From: a virus
Virus record (IMG/VR): IMGVR_UViG_3300024317_000004
Span: 8,418-72,417 of that record
DNA length: 64,000 nucleotides
Direction: 5' to 3' (one strand)
Shown here in pieces: positions 49,580 through 57,828 of the stretch; position 1 is the stretch's first letter, and each line of letters begins with the position of its first letter. The translations under genes and the position numbers were made by a program. The notes beneath the pieces were generated by a model. It made no database searches, had not been told where the DNA came from, and saw only the letters and a list, made by a program, of their open reading frames with translations.

Positions 49580-49780
49580 ATGATGGTACGAGCGAAGTTC
49601 AAGTGCGAGTCGGCCCACGAGAACGGTTACGCGATGCTGCGTGCCGTGTACGGACCGGAAAACGAACCGTGGTCCACCGCAACGCCACACGGCGAGCTGC
49701 AAATCACGATCAGCAATCCCACTGCTCCCAAGTTCGAGGTGGGCAAGTGCTACTACCTGGACTTTTCGCCGGCGGAGTGA
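49580..49780 (+). CDS. hypothetical phage protein
   Basis: VRAKFKC...ENEPWSTATPHG...YYLDF. Confidence 0.65.
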   Translation: MMVRAKFKCESAHENGYAMLRAVYGPENEPWSTATPHGELQITISNPTAPKFEVGKCYYLDFSPAE

Positions 49781-50379
49781 AGAAGACATTCGATGCCAAG
49801 TATCTGCGCGCTGGCGATAAAGTCCGCGTGTTCTCGTCCGGCCGATTCGGCTGCGTGATAAAGACAGCGTACCGGGAATGCCTTGTGACGCTGGACGGGG
49901 AACATGAGCCCGTTTGGGTGCCAACGCTTTACTTGGATGGTGTCTATTGAAGCCCTCACTCGCCGAAGCCGAGGCCTTCCGCCGCGTGATCGAAACCGCT
50001 CGAGCGCTTGTTCGGTGTGCAGACGAGTTTCTGCCGGAGTCCCCCGAAGCCTGTCAGGAGTATCTCGAGGCCCACGAAAGCGCGCTCGAAACCTTCGGCA
50101 AGGTCTGCGAGGAGCAGGACGAAACGCGGCGGCTGGCGATCCTCAAGGAAGCCAGTGACCTTGCCGAAAGGCAGCGGTCATGGGAAGCGTGGATGCACAA
50201 CTCCTAGAAGCGGTCTGTGGGACCGGTTCGGTGGCTAGTAAAGGATCGTTTACTAGCGCATTCTGTTGGTAAAGGAAGCTTTACTAGCCTCGATGCCACG
50301 CCATATTCAACGAAACGGCCCGATCGTTTAATAAGCCCGCTGCCCTCGGTGGCTTGTTCAAGCGAGGCGAAACACGCGC

Positions 50380-51177
50380 ATGGAAAAGTGGAGTGAACCG
50401 AAAGGGCCACCACCGCGATGGCTCGACCTTGCCGACGAAGTCACGGCCGACGAGCCGAAGCCGCCTCGTGACCAGTTCGTCGTGGCGTGCATGGAGGCGT
50501 GCTTGCGACTCGATTGCAACCCGATGCAAGCGGCAGGCGTCACGGCCAACGTGATGAACGAGAGTGCGTGGGGGCAGTCGTATCGCGGCAATAACTTGGG
50601 TGGCTGGAAGATCTACGAGCACTACGCGATCGCGTATCGCAAGGCTCATGGCAAAGGACCACGCTGGTGGCGCGGTCCCGGCAACAAAGCGCCTGGGGCC
50701 ACACCGAAAGACCTCAAAGGGGGCGATCCGCCGTGGTGCTTCTACAGAGCGTTCGAGTCCATCGAGGACTTTCTCGCGAGCTGGCTCAAGACGTTCGTTC
50801 CAGAGCCGCCCCTTGGTACGCCCTCTCGCGAGAGCAAAGGCGATCCCGCAACGGGTGATTACCGACTTGCGGGTGAACGATTTTGGGGCCGTCGGGCCAA
50901 TTGGTTCGATGCCATGGTTGCGGCCGGGTACAAGGGCTCGCGCACCGAAGCGAGTCCCGAGCAAGCGATTGCCGAACATCACAGTTTGGTGCAGTCCGCC
51001 TTAACTCGCTGGGGGCAATCACGTTTAGGCGTGACGGCTGACGGAGCCTGGGGGCCCAAAAGCAAAACGGCCTGCGCCGCGTTTCAGGCTTGGCACGGAC
51101 TGTCGGTCACGAACATTCTAGACGACGAGACGCTGGTTGCTTTGGTGCACAGCAAACAACAGCCCCAACCAGAGTGA
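50380..51177 (+). CDS. endolysin (glucosaminidase/lysozyme-like plus peptidoglycan-binding domain)
   Basis: NESAWG...NNLGG...YRAFES...AAGY; C-terminal ADGAWGPKS...FQAWHGL. Confidence 0.8.
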   Translation: MEKWSEPKGPPPRWLDLADEVTADEPKPPRDQFVVACMEACLRLDCNPMQAAGVTANVMNESAWGQSYRGNNLGGWKIYEHYAIAYRKAHGKGPRWWRGPGNKAPGATPKDLKGGDPPWCFYRAFESIEDFLASWLKTFVPEPPLGTPSRESKGDPATGDYRLAGERFWGRRANWFDAMVAAGYKGSRTEASPEQAIAEHHSLVQSALTRWGQSRLGVTADGAWGPKSKTACAAFQAWHGLSVTNILDDETLVALVHSKQQPQPE

Positions 51178-51179
51178 CC

Positions 51180-51957
51180 TGGTTGGGGCCATTCCCTGTC
51201 CCTTCCGCTCCTTTGCAGTCCTGCCCCATCCGCTCCATTGCCATCGGTTGCAATGAGGCCCGTTCCTCTCGTAGCCCCTCCCGTCCTATCCATTCCACTC
51301 GGTTGCTGTCGCTTGCTCTCCCCTCCGTCCCCCTGCTTTGCCCGAGCCTTCGCCCGGCTCCGATGCAGCACGCTGCACCCGAGTCGAGCCACCGGCGAAC
51401 CGGCGAACTCGGGGCCTTTGCGATCCTTTCCCCTGCTGTCCTGACCTGTCCGCATCCCATCGGCTCCCCTCCCCTCCCCAACGCTCCCCATTAGCGCTCG
51501 GGACGAGGCCCGGATTGCTCCGGGCGCCGTTGGGCTCCACTCCTGTCCGGTTCACTCCGTTGCCGCCCTTGCCTCTGCTTTCCGCTCCCCTCTGCCCCAA
51601 TGCAGTCCGTCGTTTCCAACGCACTCGCTTGAATGCGCTCGAAACGGCGCTCGCGCGAACGCGATGCCGGCCATTCCGTTCCTCCCCGGCCCAATCATGT
51701 CATTCCCAGGCCGCTCCCATGCTCTGCAGTCGGCCCCCCTCCATCGCGTTCCGCTTCACCCCAGTACACATCCACTCCTCTCCCCTCTCCAAAGCACCTG
51801 AATGCTCTCGAGACGGGACCCGATCTCTCGGGACACGTCGCCTTTCCTCTGCGGTCCGTTCACTTGCTCTCCGGTGCCGTCCCATCACTTCCTTTGCAGC
51901 CAACTCTCGTCCTGCCCACTCCCCGCTTTTCCTCTCCGCTCCACCCCTCTGCCGTCC
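51180..51957 (-). ncRNA. array of about five pentamer-repeat (GGA/GCA/GGG + NN) units separated by tetraloop hairpins; candidate guide RNAs
   Basis: 5-nt periodicity on the minus strand, e.g. GGACG GCAGA GGGGT GGAGC GGAGA GGAAA...; four hairpin separators with a shared 3' motif. Confidence 0.8.
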
Positions 51958-51972
51958 GAAGTCTAAAAAGAA

Positions 51973-52569
51973 TTATGCGGCTTTCTTTGCTAGGTCGCCG
52001 TCCCAGCAAACGACCGCGAAAATCCCGAACGGACCACCACGCTGAACTCTGTAGTCGCCGAGACCGTTTCCGATGCCGGCCTCTTCGAGCAAGAGCCTGA
52101 TAGTTGCTTCATCCAAGATCTCCGTACGCAACCGAAGATTGAACTTAGCGCTCCATTCGTCGAGCCGCGCACGATGTCTCATGACGCGGCCTTTTGTTGC
52201 GGGAATTACGACCGCTCGGCTGTCAACCTCGAAGTCCTTTGCGCGAGTTTTTCGGTCCTTGAGATACAAGGGCACCATGTCTTCGCAAACCACGCACGCA
52301 GCGGGCACGAGATACTTTAAGGACTTGCGAGATCCTCGCTGTTTGTGTCCAGCGCCCATTTCGGCGATTGCGCGGCTAATCCCAGTACCTGCGATGCATA
52401 GTCCGCCCTTAGAGTCGCGATGCGTGCCTTTCTCGGCAATGTCTCGCGGCAACTCTGTGGTGATCTGCACGCGACGTGTTGATTTTCCACTGTCCGCCTG
52501 CGCCTGATCGCCAAACTTGTGAATCAGCAACGGCGAAACGCCCTCGATCCAGACCTCAATCGTTTTCAC
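51973..52569 (-). CDS. solo RAMP/Cas7-like protein (VIPR-type effector candidate)
   Basis: N-terminal IEGVSPLLIH, RHRARLDEWSAKF strand, C-terminal G-loop AGIGNGLGDYRVQRGGPFGIF; RBS GGAGG. Confidence 0.8.
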   Translation of the reverse strand: MKTIEVWIEGVSPLLIHKFGDQAQADSGKSTRRVQITTELPRDIAEKGTHRDSKGGLCIAGTGISRAIAEMGAGHKQRGSRKSLKYLVPAACVVCEDMVPLYLKDRKTRAKDFEVDSRAVVIPATKGRVMRHRARLDEWSAKFNLRLRTEILDEATIRLLLEEAGIGNGLGDYRVQRGGPFGIFAVVCWDGDLAKKAA

Positions 52570-52582
52570 TTTGCCTCCATTA

Positions 52583-52652
52583 AGCCCTTTCGGGCCCCTT
52601 CCATTCCCCCGCTCTCCATCCCCACCACTTGCTCTCCTTCGTGTTCCAGTCC
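52583..52652 (-). ncRNA. leader pentamer-repeat unit upstream of the RAMP gene
   Basis: GGACT GGAAC ACGAA GGAGA GCAAG TGGTG GGGAT GGAGA GCGGG GGAAT GGAAG, then hairpin GCCC-GAAA-GGGC. Confidence 0.7.
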
Positions 52653-52661
52653 AACGCGCAC

Positions 52662-52690
52662 ACTATACGTACTTTGTACGTACAAGCAAG
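52662..52690 (-). promoter_or_regulatory. promoter of the RAMP/array transcript
   Basis: TTGCTT-N16-TATAGT on the minus strand, containing two GTACGTA boxes. Confidence 0.6.
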
Positions 52691-52855
52691 TTACTTCTTT
52701 ACTTCTCGTAGCAATCGTCTTGCTTCGAACAACGCAATGCGTCTGACGAACGACGACACATCTTCACCTGATAATTCTGCGGCTTTCGCGAGATCTCGCT
52801 TTTCCGCTTCCGTGAGACGCAACTCGAGACGCGCCGACCGACCGGACTCAACCAT
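52691..52855 (-). CDS. ribbon-helix-helix regulator (DUF1778/MobC-like), 54 aa, absent from the ORF track
   Basis: MVESGRSARLELRLTEAEKRDLAKAAELSGEDVSSFVRRIAL; upstream TGGCCA-N17-TATGAT. Confidence 0.75.
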   Translation of the reverse strand: MVESGRSARLELRLTEAEKRDLAKAAELSGEDVSSFVRRIALFEARRLLREVKK

Positions 52856-53047
52856 AGGCCAATCATACGGCTACCATACGTACATGGCCACGGCGATATC
52901 ACGGAAGGTTACAGAAGCACGTAAAACGACGGCGCGGCTCAAGGAGCTTGGCTACAAGCTAGGGCAGTGGGTAGACGCCCCGCCAGCCGACGTGCCATAG
53001 TTCGACCGTTCGGCACGACGTTGTCCGTGACGTGTTGAGCTCCTGAG

Positions 53048-53285
53048 ACGGCCTGGTCACCCGCCAGGCCGTTTTGCTTTTGCGCTAGACATCCCGCCGT
53101 CACGCTGGCACAGTCCCCATCAGAAGCGTTTCTCGCAAGAGGAACTACCGCACGATTCGCCCTGGCCCTCACCGGCTAGGGCGTTTTGCTATTTCTGGCA
53201 CGCCGTGCGACGGTCCATCGTACACTTTCACACGTAGATGGGACTGATACGAGGCCTTGGCATGGTGCTGAGGCCTTTTGTTTTT
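53048..53285 (+). terminator. three tandem intrinsic terminator-like hairpins
   Basis: ACGGCCTGG..CCAGGCCGT+TTTG; CGCCCTGGCC..GGCTAGGGCG+TTTT; AGGCCTTGGCA..TGCTGAGGCCT+TTTGTTTTT. Confidence 0.55.
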
Positions 53286-53554
53286 GTGGCACACTGGAGC
53301 CAAGGGATCCGCTGCTCTGGATTATCCCGGGGATAGCAGGTCGCTTACCTAAGGCACGCCGGTCCGTGGCACAGAACCGCGGGCCGGGGTGTTATGCTTG
53401 CGTCAATCCGTTTGCCTGGGCGATGGGCCCGCGCACGTAACAGGCGTAGGGCCACACGGAGTGGGATCCGCGTTACGCGGGTCGTGCACAGACCCGGAGG
53501 CGAAAGCAGCCGGGTGCTTGTGCATGCGAGTTTGCGGGGAGTTTGAGGGAGCCT

Positions 53555-54433
53555 TCACATCTCGCCCAACGCTCGTGCCATGGCCTCGGCGACGCGTTTC
53601 CAGTCGTATCCCTGCACGTGAATCGTCACGCTCGCTTCGACGGTCGAGCCGTACGTAATCTGGATCTCTTGCCGCCGCTCAGTCGCATCGACGGTAACGA
53701 CGCGACCGTTGATCAGTGCGCTGTACCGTCCCCCGTTCAGATCTTCCCATACGACATCGCTCATAGTTTTTGTGTCCCCTTCCCCTTCCAACAACCTCGT
53801 TTGCAGTTCTGCCGTCTCGGCATACATGAGGCATTTGCCGGTAAACTTACCATTGCTATAGATTGGCAAATCGTGGAATGGGTATTGTTCCAAGGATCGC
53901 CTTACCATCTCATTGGTCTCGGCAGCATTGAGGTACTGTCTCGTCTTATTCAACCACACGTACTCGTCATCCGTAGTTGCCGATGGGCCAGAAACAAAAG
54001 CATACGCTTGTCCGTAGGCTATAGCGTTAACGAGGACGCTGCTTACGCCAAACATTTTGCCAATCTTCTTCGTGGATAGGCTGTGTGTTCTGTAGATTTT
54101 TCTAATCTCTCTTACCTCATCGTCACTCAGCTTCCTGTATTGCCTCCCCTTCTCGATCATGTCCTTTGTGTTGGCTTTAGAGTCGCCTACGAATAGGTGG
54201 CCCCAGTTGCAGCAGGGCGGGTTGTCGCATGAATGGCAGATGAACATTCCGTCGGGAATAGGACCAACAGCGAGTTCCCACGCGGCCCTGTGAGCCGCGT
54301 ATTGTTTCTTGCGATCTTCCCAGTAAACGCGGCCGTACCCGTTTCTATTTGTAGGCCCAGTCCACACGATGCACCCGCTATCGTTGTCGTGGGTGCACTT
54401 CGCATAAAGATCGCTGATCGTTTTCAGCATCAT
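53555..54433 (-). CDS. HNH homing endonuclease with C-terminal extension
   Basis: CIVWTG...GYG...AHRAAWE...CHSCDNPPCCNWGHL...N..DM. Confidence 0.85.
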   Translation of the reverse strand: MMLKTISDLYAKCTHDNDSGCIVWTGPTNRNGYGRVYWEDRKKQYAAHRAAWELAVGPIPDGMFICHSCDNPPCCNWGHLFVGDSKANTKDMIEKGRQYRKLSDDEVREIRKIYRTHSLSTKKIGKMFGVSSVLVNAIAYGQAYAFVSGPSATTDDEYVWLNKTRQYLNAAETNEMVRRSLEQYPFHDLPIYSNGKFTGKCLMYAETAELQTRLLEGEGDTKTMSDVVWEDLNGGRYSALINGRVVTVDATERRQEIQITYGSTVEASVTIHVQGYDWKRVAEAMARALGEM

Positions 54434-54441
54434 CTTGGCCT

Positions 54442-54693
54442 CTAACTTCCTGCCCGTTTCTTTGATTTCTTCTCCTGACCCCATCCTGGCTTGCGCAACG
54501 TAAGCCCCTCGGCAAGCTCGGGCTGTTCTTGCACCCACGTCTGCAGAGTGCGCCTGCCGATCCCGAGCCTCTCGGCGGCTTTGGGCACGCTGCCTTCGGC
54601 CTTCAGCGCCCTGCTGATCTTCAGCCTGAACGCCTCGGGGTCCGTTGCTCGCAGGGCTAGTAAAGCGTGCGTGGCGGGATGGGTGATAGCCAT
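54442..54693 (-). CDS. HTH regulator
   Basis: GSVPKAAERLGIGRRTLQTW. Confidence 0.75.
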   Translation of the reverse strand: MAITHPATHALLALRATDPEAFRLKISRALKAEGSVPKAAERLGIGRRTLQTWVQEQPELAEGLTLRKPGWGQEKKSKKRAGS

Positions 54694-54702
54694 TCCGCTA
54701 TT

Positions 54703-54785
54703 ATGATGCCGTCACGGCACGTACGCAAGCCTACACTTTACCACGAAAACAAAACCGTTACCTCGACATGATGCCGTCACGGCAC
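54703..54785. promoter_or_regulatory. two identical 18-bp palindromic operators
   Basis: ATGATGCCGTCACGGCAC at 54703-54720 and 54768-54785. Confidence 0.75.
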
Positions 54786-54798
54786 CATACTGTTTTGT

Positions 54799-55098
54799 AT
54801 GGACACAGCGACGATGGCAACCGGCACCGAGCAGTGGGAAATCGAGCATGACGAACTCGTTCAGGTCTTCGAAGAGATCGCCAACGAACACGCTGCCCAC
54901 TGGGAGAGCATTGTGGACGGCCTCGCTTCCGACGAGATCCCTCCCCCGCCCGCCTCGCCCTGGCCCTCGCTCGAAGCTGCCATGCGTGAGTGCGAGTACG
55001 TCGCCCTGCTGGCCGTCGCGGTCACCCCGAGCGAGCGGTACGTGGTGCGTGGCGACGATGTCACCTGCACGGTCCGACCGGCCGCGAGGGCATCATGA
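54799..55098 (+). CDS. hypothetical protein
   Basis: divergent ORF, ATGA-coupled to the next gene. Confidence 0.55.
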   Translation: MDTATMATGTEQWEIEHDELVQVFEEIANEHAAHWESIVDGLASDEIPPPPASPWPSLEAAMRECEYVALLAVAVTPSERYVVRGDDVTCTVRPAARAS

Positions 55099-55625
55099 GT
55101 TACGAAGCAGCCCCCGCTACCGCCCTTGTCGCAACCCACTGCTGTCTCTGCGGGCGCCCGCTGGTCGATGCAGAATCCGTCGAGTGTGGCGTTGGCCCGG
55201 TCTGCCGTCGCAAGTACGGCTACGTGGACGGCCCAGACTGTAACCGCACCGAGGCAAACCGGCTGGTGTACGAAATTGCGGCTGCCCCGGCTGCCAATGA
55301 TGTGCCCGGCAAAGTTACAGCCATTCGCCTGCTTGGGTACTACAAGCTCGCTGAGAGGCTAACCGAGCGGCTCCTATCGAACATGGGCACAGTCCTGGTT
55401 ACCTATGAAGCCGACACGATGGTGATTGAATCCGACGGGCTCACAGATGACGGTTTTAAGGTCCTGCTAGCCATTCTGCGCTCGGTGCCGGGTCGTCGTT
55501 GGGATGCTAACCGCCGGGTCAATACCGTTCCCGTGAGCCAGAAGCGCGCACTGTGGGATGCGCTCCGCAGCAAGATGCCGGCGGGCGTGGCGATCGAGTC
55601 GGACAAGGGGCGAGTGGTTCTATAA
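55095..55625 (+). CDS. DUF6011-like zinc-finger protein
   Basis: CCLCGRPLVDAESVECGVGPVC; C-terminal VPGRRWD. Confidence 0.7.
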   Translation: MSYEAAPATALVATHCCLCGRPLVDAESVECGVGPVCRRKYGYVDGPDCNRTEANRLVYEIAAAPAANDVPGKVTAIRLLGYYKLAERLTERLLSNMGTVLVTYEADTMVIESDGLTDDGFKVLLAILRSVPGRRWDANRRVNTVPVSQKRALWDALRSKMPAGVAIESDKGRVVL

Positions 55626-56489
55626 CTTCCGAACGTATCGACGGTTCTTAAGCCCTCTCTGCAGGGCGATGGCGTTGGGCGCGACGTCAAACGACTCCCC
55701 AGAAGAATACTGAGCGTCAATCTCCGCGAGAAATGCAGCGATGCCTTCTGGAGTAAAAACGTTCACTTCGACCCGGCGGTTATTGGCATCCAATTCGGCA
55801 CGCTGCTGCATAAGCCCGCGCGCGAGGAAATCGGCATTCACGGCGGCCAGCACCACGGCTGGATTGTGCGGACCTCCGCCTGTGCTTACCCATCCACAGT
55901 GCTGAGCGAGTTGGATCGCGGACATCTCTCCGGGGCGGATCTTGGAACGTCCCTCGATGGTCGCAATACGCGTCTCGGTATCGCTTGCGCGAGCCGTGAG
56001 GTTATCAATCTCATTCGCGGCCTCAGCTTGCTCGCGTTCCAGTCTGATAATCCGCCGGCGATCTTCCGCTAGACTGTCAACCATCTTGTAGAGCGCAACG
56101 ATGTCCGTGGGAAGATCAGAGAGGTCTTCGCGAACGGACTTCGTGGTAACCACGACGCTGGATCCGCGCTGCTTCACCCGGAACTGCTTCCTTGCCCATT
56201 TGCGCAGCCGATACGCTTCTGCGGACTTGCTCATGTCGCAAATCGTGAGGAAGCCTTCCTCCGAATAGACAAGGCGCCGCTTGCCTTCGAAGACAATCGA
56301 AGTGTAGTGATCGCCTTCTACGAACTCTCCGGGATGGTTCTGACGAATGTAAAGCACGTGGTGCCGGTCTTCACCAAGCGCTTCGGCGATTGCCTGCTCT
56401 GTGAACCAGTAGTTGCCCGCTTTGTCGACGATGCTTTGAATCTCGTGGGCACCGAACTTGCCAAACAAGTCTATCGCGTACTCTGCCAT
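55620..56489 (-). CDS. antirepressor-like protein (ORF6N/BRO-type N-terminal domain)
   Basis: WFTEQAIAEAL...EFVEGDHY...VYSEEG...SKSAEAYRLRKW, then a coiled coil. Confidence 0.65.
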   Translation of the reverse strand: MAEYAIDLFGKFGAHEIQSIVDKAGNYWFTEQAIAEALGEDRHHVLYIRQNHPGEFVEGDHYTSIVFEGKRRLVYSEEGFLTICDMSKSAEAYRLRKWARKQFRVKQRGSSVVVTTKSVREDLSDLPTDIVALYKMVDSLAEDRRRIIRLEREQAEAANEIDNLTARASDTETRIATIEGRSKIRPGEMSAIQLAQHCGWVSTGGGPHNPAVVLAAVNADFLARGLMQQRAELDANNRRVEVNVFTPEGIAAFLAEIDAQYSSGESFDVAPNAIALQRGLKNRRYVRKL

Positions 56490-56690
56490 GACCGGCTCCC
56501 TGTAACGCGGCTACCGGCCTGTCCGGCAAGCTCGTGTTTAGTAACCTGACATGTGGAGTTTAACGGAGCCAGTGTAAGTTTAAACTATTCGATAAGTATA
56601 TGTAACAACGCAGCTATCCGCCCAACGTTGGACTTTTTCAACACTTACACATGAACGACAATCGGCAAGTTGTGGATTATGCGGGCTCGC

Positions 56691-57086
56691 CTAGATGCCC
56701 ATCCCCGCGGCCTTGCATACCGGCTTGTGCGATCGGTCTCGCCTGGGCTCTCCACAATCGCCACATCGCCCGCTCTTATCCGGCACGTACGCGTGATGGA
56801 AACAGCCGCACTCTTCACAGCGCTCGGTTTCCCAGGGGTCGTTCAGTTCGCAGGCGTCGGGTCGGATCAGCGACGTCCCGGCCACGCTCGCTCGACCCAT
56901 ACGTTCGGTGACTTGCTTGATGGCAACCTCGAGCGCTCTCTGGGCTTCCTCGTGCGCCTCTTGAACGAGCCATTCCCGCGCCTCGTCCGGGGTCATCTCT
57001 GACGAAACGTACTGGTCAACGATTGTTTCCCACACCCGGTATCGAATCGTGCCATTGATGCGCCGAGCGTGGATGATCCGGCTCAC
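56691..57086 (-). CDS. hypothetical protein with C-terminal Cys/His cluster
   Basis: coupled ORF in the leftward operon. Confidence 0.55.
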   Translation of the reverse strand: MSRIIHARRINGTIRYRVWETIVDQYVSSEMTPDEAREWLVQEAHEEAQRALEVAIKQVTERMGRASVAGTSLIRPDACELNDPWETERCEECGCFHHAYVPDKSGRCGDCGEPRRDRSHKPVCKAAGMGI

Positions 57087-57385
57087 GACCCCTCCAGCCC
57101 CGCCAACGCCACACCCATGCGCCGCTCGATGTCCTGGAGCTTGCGGATCATTTCCAGCGCGTCCGTGGTCGATTCGCGGATGGCCTGCTCCTCGCGAACG
57201 ATATCCACGACCGCGCGCAGGCGGGTGTTCTCCGCCTGCAAGGCATCGCGCTCCGCCTTCAGCCGCCCCACCGTGGCAATGGCATCGTTGGCAACGTGCC
57301 GTAGCCTCTCAGCGGTCGCGTACGTCTGCTCGGCGAGGCGTCGCTCGGTCTGTAGCGCGTGAGCCTTGTCGTCGGGGTCGGTCAC
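57083..57385 (-). CDS. coiled-coil hypothetical protein
   Basis: coupled ORF. Confidence 0.5.
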   Translation of the reverse strand: MTDPDDKAHALQTERRLAEQTYATAERLRHVANDAIATVGRLKAERDALQAENTRLRAVVDIVREEQAIRESTTDALEMIRKLQDIERRMGVALAGLEGS

Positions 57386-57828
57386 GCTGCCTCTATGGGT
57401 TCGTAGACACGAACGTCGGCATTGATGTCGCCTAGGTACTGTTTGATGAACGGCTTGACCTCCCGCCACTTGAGACCACCGCGGCCGCAGCCCAATGCCG
57501 GGATAGCCATCGAGACCTTGTTATCACGCAGGTACCAGAACAGCGATTCTGCGATGTCTAGAATCCACGACATCCGCGACGGATCACGCCAATGGTCTTT
57601 TGTTGCAGCATTCAGGATCGTGCGCTGGCCTGTTGAGTGCAGCAGCACCATGCCAGGCCTCAGTAGCTTCTTGACGCACTGGATCTTGTAGTCCTCGTAG
57701 TTCTCAGGAAACCGTTCCTTGAATGCCAATGCGATGCCCGCGCCGGCCACTCCGACACAATTGACGCAGTTGACCAGGCATTGGGCATCATCCTCGAGTA
57801 AGTTGCCGCGCTTCCAGGTGATGGCCAC
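57382..57828 (-). CDS. macrodomain protein (DarG/Poa1-like ADP-ribosyl hydrolase)
   Basis: GNLLEDDAQCLVNCVNCVGVAGAGIALAFKERFP...TKDHWR...PALGCGRGGL. Confidence 0.9.
   Translation of the reverse strand: MAITWKRGNLLEDDAQCLVNCVNCVGVAGAGIALAFKERFPENYEDYKIQCVKKLLRPGMVLLHSTGQRTILNAATKDHWRDPSRMSWILDIAESLFWYLRDNKVSMAIPALGCGRGGLKWREVKPFIKQYLGDINADVRVYEPIEAA

Noticed and set aside
51180-51957. Canonical CRISPR array or simple microsatellite
   Set aside because: There are no identical 25-40 nt repeats with spacers. Two of five positions vary freely and structured separators recur, unlike slippage repeats.
51084-52100. Several overlapping ORFs of 67-235 aa across the pentamer array
   Set aside because: Low-complexity G/R/E or P/S/L translations that result from the purine-skewed repeats; a 5-nt period and RNA tetraloops argue against coding.
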